From Callorhinchus milii (taxonomy: Eukaryota), in the NCBI RefSeq assembly GCF_018977255.1, contig NW_024704742.1:28522001-28582000 (forward strand): 60,000 nt of DNA. The letters run 5' to 3'. Both the position numbers and the translations under genes were made by a program. The notes below the pieces were generated by a model. That model was not told the origin of the DNA, made no database searches, and saw nothing but the letters and a program-made list of their open reading frames with translations. Positions 25,912-37,107 of the stretch are shown here, one piece after another (position 1 is the stretch's first letter; every line of letters begins with the position of its first letter).

Positions 25912-26230
25912 GTGGAGTCCTGTAGCTCAGTGGTTAGAGCACTCGCTTTGCAAACGAGAGACCTGAGTTCAATTCCAGGCAGGGCGAAACCTTGGGCAAG
26001 TTTCCTTACTCCACACGCCTAATAATAATCCCTCCAAAACCCAAAACAATAACAAATTGGTCATTTTCAATCTACGACTGTTTGTGGGACATTGCTGTGC
26101 GCAATTGGCTGCCGCGTTGGCCCACAAATATACAGTCAATTCACTTTACAGTCTATTCTGTGAAACGCTTTGGGACGTCCTCCCGACATGAAAAGCGCTA
26201 TATCAAATGCAAGGATTATTATTATTATTA
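25912..26230 (+). mobile_element. Full-length young tRNA-Ala(TGC)-derived SINE with L2-type tail (resembles the abundant elephant-shark SINE2 family)
   Basis: A box tagctcagtgg, anticodon arm ctcgctttgcaaacgag, B box gagttcaattcc, body, 3' stem-loop and (ATT)n tail. Confidence 0.95.
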
Positions 26231-27544
26231 TTTACCAAGAGCAGCTTGCATTGAAACAGCCTTTCATGTCTCAAAGAGCTCAACAATGGAGGTAGTGGAC
26301 AATGAGCAAGAAGTAAGAGAAATCTAGAGTAATTCAAAGGAACAGTTAAAGAGATGGACTTTTGAAAGCTATTAAAGCAAGGAGAGAAGTAGGAAAGCAA
26401 ATTGCTTCTGAAAGACAATTCCATATCACAGGAGCGCTCAAAACTCAGTGTTGGATGATAAAATGGAAAGACCTGATAATAGCAATAGTACACCAGTCAG
26501 TAGATAAGAGTAAGTGGGCTAGGACGGAGGCCTGGAGAGGTTATACAAATAGGACTATTGTAAAGCTGCTTACGGGCTCAAGAACTGTGGAAAATTGGCT
26601 TCCAGAGTAAAACCTAATTTTACATTGAATTGAATTCCACCCAAACTTCCATTTTAATTCTTAAAGCCATGATAATTTCAGGCCTCAGTTTAGAACCAAC
26701 CCCAACTCAGCTCACTGCTGATGGCTGTTTCCCTTACAATTAGCACTCCACAAAATTGTGCTCATTTCCAATGGAGTAAAGAGCACAGTCAATAAAAAGG
26801 GTGATAATTAAAATGACACCGTCTAATTTAAAAAAGTATGAATAACAGAGTCTATTTTATAGGTTGTAACTGGGTCATTAGGATACAAAATTAATTTTGA
26901 ACTTCACAGCGAGAAAGTGGAGCATCTGCTTTTGCGGAACTCAATGCTCCAGTTTCATCACCATTAAAAATGTGTTAGAGAAGAACCTTGAGGGTCTAAA
27001 CAGCCTCAACGGAATTTTATGTATTTGATGGCAGCAATATTAGAAAAATAATTAGCAACCTTATCTGCTAATGTGCTGTCAAACTGGGACTGTTTTTTGC
27101 GTGAGTGCTGCAGTTGTAGGCTAATGTTTTGAAATTGGTGAATTGGTTCTAAGGGCTAAAGCCATCACACGCTGAGGTCCTAGAGACAATTGAGGTTTGA
27201 CCAGTTTCTTTTTTGGCCTTGTCATTTCTGAGGTTTCTGCTGTCATTGTCGGCAATCTCAGACACTTCGCTAGCATGATGTGTTTTGTGCTATGTGCAGG
27301 ACCACTTCTACCCACAGTAAGATCCCAGTTGCAGTTGGCAAGCAGGGCATTGCCATGAACTTCTGAGGCGGGTAAAATTCTGCTTTTACTGAGTTATTTA
27401 AAAGCTGCAACTGAAAGCTGCAGTTGTCTCTGTTCTGGCAACTGCTGGAGTCAACACAGACTATTGTCAAATAGTGTATCAGGAGTCTCCTTACAACTGA
27501 AAATTTTGAGTTTAGAATATAAAGAATAATTGCAGTTGATACAA

Positions 27545-27900
27545 CAATTATAATGTTGCTATAAAGTGAAGTGATTGTAGACAAACACTTTAGCCAATGT
27601 GTGTACAGCAATGTCCCACAAGCAGCTATTAAGTGCATGACAAATTTTATCTACAGTATTGTTGACCAGGACACTGAGCGAAAGTTTCAAATAGTGTATG
27701 GGATTTTAAACATCCACCTGATCAGTTTAACATCTCATCTGAAGGTCAGCTCCTCTGACAATACAGCGCTCCCCAGCACTGTTACTTGAATGTCAGCCTA
27801 AACTATAAGTTCAACATTTGTATTCAGAACTTAAATTCAAATTACATCTGGCTTGAACCCACAACCTTCTGAACCAGAGGCGAGGGTCTGAACCAGACTG
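27545..27900 (-). mobile_element. Deu-domain SINE
   Basis: tttaacatctcatctgaaggtcagctcctctgacaatacagcgctccccagcactg and cttgaacccacaaccttctga head on the minus strand. Confidence 0.85.
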
Positions 27901-28389
27901 ATACAACAACAACAACAAGATTTTTTTTGCACTAATATCTCAGTGAATATAATTGCTGGACCAGAACAAAAGATTTAGATTTAAAGAGCTTTTTGTAGCA
28001 ATTTCCCCTTTAATCGTTAAGTTTGTGTTTTTGTCCATTTCTCCTTCTTAACTCTTTTAAAATGGTGAACGCTAAGAACATCACTGGGACAATTGGCCTG
28101 GAAAAGTTACTCAGCTTGACAGTGTGAGAATTAATATTAGTCGCTAAAGTCATTAACTCAGGGTGCTTCAATGATCTTCTCATTTCAATTGCATATATAT
28201 TAATTTAGTTCTTCACTGGGCTCAATATCTCATCTAACTGAATTCTCTTAAAGTGCTATTAGCACTCACTGCTAAAACAAAAATGCTTTAACCTTTTTGT
28301 TTAAGGAGTTGACTTGTGCGAGGTATAATTCTTTTTGGCCCCATTTTATGTATTTATCTCATTCGGTTACTTTGTGCTGTGCATCATTA

Positions 28390-28670
28390 ACTTACTCCAC
28401 ATGCCTCTGTATACCTAGTAGTAAGTAGGAACCTGGTTGTTAATCGATTGGAGGATCAGTTTTCCAGCTGTAATAATCCTTTAAAAAAAATGTTTTTAAA
28501 TAATAACTTGGTTGTTTGTGAGATACTGCTGTGTGCAATTGGCTGCCGTGTTTTGGCCACAAAATATACAGTCAATTCACTTTATAGTGTATTCTGTGAT
28601 GTGCTTTGAGACGTTTCGAAGACGTGATAAGGCACTTTATCAAATGCAAGGATTATTGTTTTTATTATTT
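28390..28670 (+). mobile_element. tRNA-headed SINE long variant, 5'-truncated
   Basis: ttactccacatgcctctg, agtaagtaggaacctggttgttaatcgattgg block, shared tail. Confidence 0.85.
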
Positions 28671-29255
28671 ATCAGGTGACAGGGCAGATGGCTAACCTGC
28701 TCTCAGACCTCTCATAATATCGCTCTTCAATTGGGTAAAAGCTTTTGTGGAGAAGCATATGATCTGTGCTCAACTCCCTCTACATTCTCACTACTGAATA
28801 CCTCTGCTGTCTTCACATTCTCATTGCACAAGGCCAATGAATGAGATGAACAACAATCTCTGCACCCTTTGACACAACCCATTGGTGTAATTATGTCTTC
28901 TGCCAACTATATCGCTTACAGTTCATCCCCCACTGCAAAATAAATTCCTTGGTAGATTGTGGCAGATTACCAAACCCAATAGTTTGATAGAAATGTTATA
29001 TACTGTAAAAACTGGTATTTTTCATGGCCCTAATATTTTCCCAACAATTGCACTTGGACATGTTTCCATGAAATTAAATTGGGTGTAAAAATAACATCTT
29101 ATGCCCCTTTGTTCACAAAAAGGCTGAGTATTCATTTTCGTTATGAATCTGCAATAATATTCCTAAAAGTTGTTTTTGAATACTTAAGACTAAGATTGGT
29201 TGTCCCTATGTTTTGTTCCATCTGCTGCTGGTGCTTCATTCATTACCCTATTTAC

Positions 29256-29689
29256 GTGTCAGCTTGGTTCATTTGCTACAACTCTCAACTCTGAGTCAGA
29301 AGGTTTTAGGTTCAAGCTCCACATCGGAGCTTTGATCTCACAGTCTGATATTCTAGTATAATACTGGGAAGCGCTGCATTGTTGATGGTGCTGAGATTAG
29401 ATGTTAAACTGAGGCCCCGATTGCATGTACAGGTGGATGTCAAAATCCCATGGCACTATTTGAAAGAAGAAAGGAATTTCTCCCCATGTCCTGGCTGGTA
29501 GTCTCCCAGACAAAATTGGTCATTAACTTCATGGCTATCATGAGGCACTGCTGTGCACAAATGGCTGCCACATTCCCCTACAAAAATACACAGTCACAGC
29601 ATTTTGCATTAAACCCTGTGAAACATTTTGAGATATCCTCTCAACGTAATAGGTGCTATATCAAATGGAAGGATTATTATTATTATTAT
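29256..29689 (+). mobile_element. Full-length Deu-domain SINE
   Basis: Head ctctgagtcagaaggttttaggttcaagc, core agatgttaaactgaggcccc...caggtggatgtcaaaatcccatggcactatttgaa, tail and (ATT)n. Confidence 0.9.
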
Positions 29690-32600
29690 TTCCTCCTTTA
29701 GCCCAGAGATAAGGAGAATTTGAGACTTGGTCCTTTTGACCATTGCTCCGTGATTGACAGATAGATTTGTTTCAGAGGAGATCAGACCTGTACCTCTCGA
29801 GTTTGCTTTTTTTCCTCTCCTGCAAGATACAAACCTTTATCCTGATGCTGCTGTAAAGTCTTCTACCTTGCGAGAGTGAAGGCTCACCTCTCGAGTTAAT
29901 CTGGGTTAAATGGTTCCATCACCATATTTACTGGGCTAAGAACTGTACAACTTCTGTTCAGCATGCATTAACAATGCCGCATAGATAATGAATGAATAAA
30001 ATCCAATTGTGCATACCTTTATGTTAACTCGATATAGTATTTTGTATATGGTCTTGGGCGCCATTCAGTATTTTAAATTGAATTCAGTTTAAACTGACAG
30101 CGTTTGAGAAGTTCGATTGAATGACCAGCAGTGACCTTGCCTAAAATTATCCCCCACAGATGAAGGAGTGCGAGAGAATTTGAATCATATTATGAATGTA
30201 ACACTGGCACTTAAATTGTCAGCTCCTTTGTGCTAAATGCACTGCTTGGCTGCACCAAGCACAAAGAATTGTGTGGCAAGGCTATCAAGTATAAATGTAA
30301 TTTTTTGTTTGAAAAAATATTTTACTGCAGACATGTTTCCAATCATTTTGAAGTACAGCTTTGTGTTGGCACACAGAGAGGTAAAGAACACTGCAGTCTT
30401 AATGTCAATGCATAATATGTGCAGCACAGTGTAGGACGAAAATATTGAGTACTGCAGCCATCAATATCTCAACACACAAGATAGCTGCAACATCCCTTTA
30501 CCAAAGCATGCTGAAATGGCTTTGCCTAATAAGTATGTATTACTGCATGCCCTCTATTCACTGCCCCATCTGTTTTCCCTGTGCTGCTTTGACCTATAGT
30601 CGTGCCTTGATTTTCTAGTTAATATTCTCAGGAGACTGGGTCTTCTCCGTTGTTGTGTACAACTCTCGCATAATTGTTTCAAAAAAGGCTACAAGGATCC
30701 AGAGAAAAGGAACCATTGATGATTACATTTGAACAATGATGAAGTGTTACTGAATCCTTTCTTTTATCTGATTTTCATTTTACAGCAGCCAGAAGTGCAT
30801 CATTGGAGAGATTCAGGTCATGGTACCATCCCAACACGCTGACCCGAGCCTCAATGAAAGAAATTAGTCAGGAAGATGAGGCACTGTCACCCAAAACCTC
30901 ACAGCATAAATAGAAATGACAGTATTATACAATGAATGGGTGACAGGGGAGAAGAGATGGCTGCGTCAGCAGAACACGGCAAAGGAGAGACCCTGTTGTT
31001 TGCAAATTAAATAGCTCTTGAAATCAATCTGTCCACAAGCAATGGATAAATTGAGCCAAAGTATCAAATTCATTTGCATGGAAAGAGATGAAACAAATGC
31101 TTCTAGGCTGATCTTTTAGGTTTTAAATTTGACAGGTCAAGCTATTAATGAGCTTCAAAGACTGGTATTTTTAACAGTCTTCTTAGAAATATCATTTAAT
31201 ACTTGTTTATCCTGACTATATCAGATTATGAAGTGTTTATACAGCAAGCTCCAGTCAGCGTAATGGTGAAATAATACCAAAGGATTGAAAAGTAGAATCA
31301 GATTGATTAGCAACTGGGTTGCTGTTTATGTAGAGGACCGAACTGTACACTGCATATATGTTTTCAGTTCAAATCAACTATTATTCAATAAAACATATTA
31401 AAAATGTGGATTGCGTTCTCACGCAAGTTTTATTCATCTGGAAGTTCCATTTTGTTGTGGGAACAGATGGGGAGGTGTTGGGTTGGAATGATTGTGAGGG
31501 AACTATACTATATATTTCTTGGATTGATGTAAACTGTACGTAAAAGTTAAATAACAATAAAACACTCAAATGTTCTCCAAAATGGTCATCATTATTTTAA
31601 TGAAGGGTTTTAATGGGGTGGTGCGGGGGGGGGGGGTGGGTGGGGGGGTGAGGGGAGGGAGGGAAGGGATGGGTTTTGGACAGGACAAAGTTGATTTTAA
31701 AAAGAAAAATGCAGCATTCAATACACTGAAATAGGAAATACTGATTTCGCAATAGCTGACACATCTCAATGTAAATCTCATCAGTTTCATTTGTTTTGTG
31801 ATGACACTCGATGAGAACCAACAAGCAACCTTTGATTCTGCCATAAAGGACAATTCGGATTTTCCACCTCCTACCTTCCCCCTCATTTCTTTATTCTGAA
31901 AGATATTCTTCTCCAACAAAACAAAAAGACGAATCAGCCATTTATGACATATAGGTCTTTGAACTGATTGCAGACTCAGTTAATAGCCTCTAGTGAAATC
32001 ATTTTTTTGTTGAGATGTTGATTAAATTTACATGTCATTGCTCAGAGATTGTTCATTCATGTGAAGTGCTTCCCAATCAATGGGTTCTTGAATTTACCAT
32101 CCTCAACTAATGGCATACGTTTGTGGCTAATTCCAATACGACAGAATGATAGAATGCACTTAATAAAGTATGGTAAATGCATACCACTTGTCATATAAAG
32201 AAAAAATCTTAGAATTGGTCAAAAAAACACCCCAATAATTGATTTATATTTGGATACAGTTTTGCCAATGACTATTTTCACTTCTTGTCTTTTGCAACTC
32301 CTATTATTTCTGCATTTGTAAAGTCGAAATGACAGAATATTAAAAAGAAACACCATTAATATTTATGGACTATAGATCAAATTAATTAATAGTCTTATCA
32401 ACTAGTTTGGTTCAATGCATTGTATCACGTTGGGTGAGTTTGTGGCATTGAAACATTGAAACAAAAGGGAAACATTATTTTGAAATACACTGACGTATAC
32501 TGATCTTAAACTGAATGAAAAAAATCTGCACCACACCCATACAGTTTGTGACTACAAAACGGTTTGAGACAATGTTTTAATTTAAAGCACTGCACTACAC

Positions 32601-34435
32601 CACACCAATGACTTGTGCTTAAATATGACAGTTGTTTGGGTTTGTTTTACTTCTTCATGATCTGCAAGTGTTTTTCTTCCTGTGATATATTTGACCGTAA
32701 GATTGCCTGCTTTCTGTATCAGCAGGGATGCGGACAATGGTGACAATTAATGCCTTTGGGTTCTCATTGCTATTCAGGTGAGCTACCCCTCGATGTGCTG
32801 TCTGAGAGGGCAGTTATATAAGACTGTGGCGATGGAGTCAAAACTGCCTGAAAGCTTTATGAAATGCCACAGCCATATTCGTTTCACTAAAGGAAGAAAT
32901 CTACTTTTCAGGATACTCACGTAAATCTTTAGCTACAGCGATCCCTCAGAAGCTTTGCAAAATGTCACGGCTCTATTAGTTATATTAAAAGAGGCATGCA
33001 TTCTTCAAGGTCTTCTGAATTTGCCAATAAATGTAGAGCGATATTGCAGAAGTCTTGCTCAAATTATCACAGAATCTCTCCCAGTTATTTGCAAGATGGT
33101 GTCACAGTGCATACAGGCACATTGTTACAAGAAAATCCTAATTATTAAGTAAAATGGTGATATAGTTAAAATGAAAATCACTTTCCACCATTGCCATGCC
33201 CTTCCTCTGCAAAAATTATTTAGGTCTCTCTGCAAGCTGAATGTTTGAAATCTTGTGATTTATGTTATCAAGTTATCTCTTCACAAAATGGATCAGAAAC
33301 ATGAAGAATGTCAGTGCCACAGTACAGTACAAAATGAGGCAATGCCAGAGAAATCCTGAGATGTGAAAGAGGTATATGACAAATTAGGTTTCCCTTTGTG
33401 TCTCCCCAACAATTCATCTCAAATCCAGTTGCAGAAGAGCACACCCTACAGCTCGAGCATGGAATTTATTTTCTTGCTCTGTCTGTTCGCTATCCTTGTG
33501 GTCAATCGGAAAAGAGATTGCCAATTTAAAGGGAATCAATGTGAAGGGGGTGGAATCCATTTTTTAGTTGAGACCTGAAAGTAAGTTGTACCTAAGAATT
33601 TCTGGATTGCAAGGTTAAAGTTGTGTATGAAAACAACATTCTGGGCAATTCGAGAGTAGTGGGCTTGTCACATTTGCCTACAAATACGCAGTCACTGCAC
33701 TTTACAATAAATCCTGTGAAGCGCTTTGAGATATCCTCCTGACGTGAAAGACACAATACCAAATGCGAGGATTATTTTATTATTAGTTAAAAAGCAGAAA
33801 ATAGTCATTGTTATGTAAATATTTACAACTAATAGGGACATTTCAATGACCCAGTCTTGTTTTCCCAGGATATTGTATTGCTGTGTAACTAACTCATGAG
33901 ACTGAATACACTTACGAAATGGTTCCTATGTCAAATGACTGAAGGATTTCATAAAATTATTACTGCAGTAGAAAATTGGTTGCTCTGTTTATTAGAATAA
34001 AAGCAGTAAGCCACAAGTAACTGATGGTAATGTTTCTTTAACAATCATCAGCTCGAATAGACCAGTATTTCTTCTGTTAGCAACAAACACAAAGCTATGT
34101 TTTGGAAGATAAAGTGCATCATTGGGGCACATTGTTACAGCCGGTTCACTTATGTTTTTGTTGGCATCTTATGACACCCATTTAAACTAAAAAAAACCTG
34201 AGATGGAGTACGTAGCATGGTATTGCTAAGGTTCATTGCTGCCTGGTAATTGTACCCGTAAGTAGAGATTACACACCAAATAGCCATTTAGACGATGAAG
34301 ATTATTATATGTGTTGGAAAAAATCTTTCAAGAGCTGCTCTTGGTTGCAAAGAGATTGCTTAACCAAATCTTTATAGGATTGGAAGTGATTTTTCTAATA
34401 TTTTAATTTTAGCTTCCTTGATTTCTTTTATACAG

Positions 34436-34456
34436 ATTATGCACTCTCTCCAGACT
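34436..34456 (+). other. Candidate 21-nt microexon (ATTATGCACTCTCTCCAGACT)
   Basis: Branch-like ttctaat, long pyrimidine tract, tacAG acceptor, gtaagt donor at 34457; length divisible by 3 and no stop in any frame. Confidence 0.35.
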
Positions 34457-36694
34457 GTAAGTTTGTAGATTTGAATTATTTATGATTCCGATATGTAATT
34501 TGTTGAAAACCAATTAAGTTATCATTATCCTAGCCACAAAATGGACCTAAGATTGTGTCACAAGTAGACAGATAGCCTTTTAAATTGGAGTTTATCATCT
34601 GTAGAGCTAAGTGACCTAAATAGATGGCTAAATGAGACAATACGTCTAACTCTTTCAAACAGGTAAAGTAATACTTAATTGTTAAGTTGAAGTAAGAACA
34701 TTGTCTCCAGGCTCCAACTGACTCAGAACCAAGTGTGCCCCATCAAACAAGTATCAAATTATACTTTGATGTATTGCAAAGAGCCTTGAACAGATTCAGA
34801 GAGATGGCTTGTTGTAGCACATGTGAGTCCAACTCTCAAGTTTGTGCAGTCATGGTTGTGTTACATTTTTGAAACTGGAATTAGTATAAGTTAATGATTT
34901 CCTGCTAAGTCATTCCACTCATTTCCCCCAGATGGTGACCATTATTGGAAGTAATAATGAAGGAGCAAGTCAGAACATTTCCTGTAGATCCCACATCCAC
35001 ATTCTATGCTTATTTGAAATATTTATGCAGAGCAAAATGAAGCCAGCCATGAAGCACACAAAACATTCATCTTTAATTCTGCAAACTTCCATGAAAAGAA
35101 TATACGGTGGGCGTAAAAATGCACTAAAAGTATCAAACATAGCTTGGGCAACTTATACTAAATGTCTAAAAGAAACATTTCATGTGATCAGTACAACAAT
35201 AAATGGTTGTTTTGTGTGTATATTCTTTTCTAGAGATAAAAGGCAGAATATTAAGGATGATATTGAACTATGTGCATTTATTCCATGGAAAGCAGACATT
35301 GGTAAAAGGGCACACAATTTAAAATTATTTTGTGCACAGTTGTGTGACATACAAATCCCCACATTTGTCAATGACATTAGAATGCTTGTATCTTGCATCT
35401 TTAGCTCTCTTTATATTGACATTTTTAATCTTTCCAAAATCACGGGGATCTGATTTAGTCTGGAGAAAAAAAAATTGCATGCCTACTAGAGATGGTTTAT
35501 CTTTGAAGTCACTGAAATCCATACCACTCAGTGATTCAGAAATGTTGTTGATAGTACAAATAAAATCTTGTAATGTTCCTCTCATAAGTTATCAGTATAT
35601 CTTTCTAGTGGAACCCTGGTCACTGTGAGGTTCAACTCATGGATCCTCAAAGGAAGAACCAGGCTTGTACGTAAGGGAACAGAGGGACTTGGATACACAA
35701 CTGACAGGTCTGTACATAATCTCAAACATTCACCAACTCCTTCTCTCTCTTGCTCTTCCAGAATGGTCATGTTAAAATATTCTATAGAATAGGCCTACAC
35801 CAGCATTATTTAGTGTACAACCACCATGTAGGAGAAACCTTAACATTACAGTTATCAGGAAGATTGGAAGAAGCCTCATTTAAGAAATATTTGGATGCTG
35901 TAACGGGAAGTTGGTAGGAATGGGTATTTTGGAAGGATGAATTCAACAGAAAGCAATGCCCAACGACTTATCACACAAATCCATTGCATGGGTACAAGCT
36001 GGTTCCAGCAAGGCGCGGCCTATTGAACTAAAATTACCATTGGATATGAATTGATAGGTTCAGATATACCTCAAAACCAGTGAAAGATGCATGAAAATCA
36101 AGACTTGGTTTCCCTACATTTCATGTATAAGCCCGAATAATCGAACTGCACTTTCCCGCAGAAGCAGCAAACAAATCCAGTGGTATAAAATATTTGTTTT
36201 CAGAGGAGACAGTTGAAATTAAAATTCTGTGGCAAATTTTAATTTTAAACCCAGGCACCTATCTAATTTTGAGGGATGTAACATATTAATGAAGAATGCT
36301 AATTACACCTCATTTACATTCCACAATAGACGTACCTCTAACACCTCAAAACTAAAGGTCTTATTTGTCTGGAACTTGCAGGGCATATTTGTACTGCTAA
36401 TTGGGTAAAAATATTTGTGAATTTATTAGTCTCTCATTTACATACACAAATTATATTAATAGAAAAATAGGATTATAAGACTTGAAGAGTGAGTAAAAGT
36501 GTTGTAATTTATGTGTAATAGGATAATAAAGTGTGATAATTATACCCAACTTACTTTGTTGTTTAAAAAGGACTTCTCTTATACACTAAAAATTGTAAGT
36601 GTTATCCCTAATATCTTGTGGAATATGCTTAGAGAATTGGGGAAATAAATTCACAACACTTGACAGCAAATTTCTGTGAAATATTTGGAGATGT

Positions 36695-37107
36695 TAATAA
36701 TAATAAAAATAATAATTCTTGATTCAGCACCTTTCATATCAGGGGGATGTCTCAAAGTGCTTCATAGGATTCACTGTAAAATGCAGTGACTGTATATTTG
36801 CCAATTTGTGCAATACAATGTCTCACAAGCACCCATGAAACAAATAATGAATTTTATTTGGGAGATTGTTGGCCAGGACAATGCTGTTGTCTTTTTGCAT
36901 AGTATAATTTAACGCCCACCTGAACAGGCAGATGGATTTCGGGTTAATGTCTCATCTGAATAGCATAGCTTCTCCAACAATGCAGTTCACCCCTAGCATT
37001 GTATTGCCTTGCCAGGCTAGACTGAATTCAAGATCTCAATGTGGGGATTGAACCCACACACTTCTGACTCAGAGGCAAACGTGCTACCAATTGAGCCAGA
37101 CTGACAC
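36695..37107 (-). mobile_element. Full-length Deu-domain SINE
   Basis: Tail (taa)n/ttcttga, core aacgcccacctgaacaggcaga, head gtggggattgaacccacacacttctgactcagaggcaaacgtgctaccaattgagccagactgacac. Confidence 0.9.

Noticed and set aside
25914..25990. Apparent tRNA-Ala(TGC) gene
   Set aside because: The acceptor stem is poor and the sequence runs directly into a SINE body; several diverged copies occur in the window
25992..26327. Recurrent peptide CLWDIAVRNWLP...KRYIKCKDYYYY in several ORFs (also 18847, 29450, 46298)
   Set aside because: It is the translation of the shared SINE tail, not a gene family
34932..35453. 173-aa ORF
   Set aside because: AT-rich, with no recognisable domain or coding-like composition; likely a chance ORF
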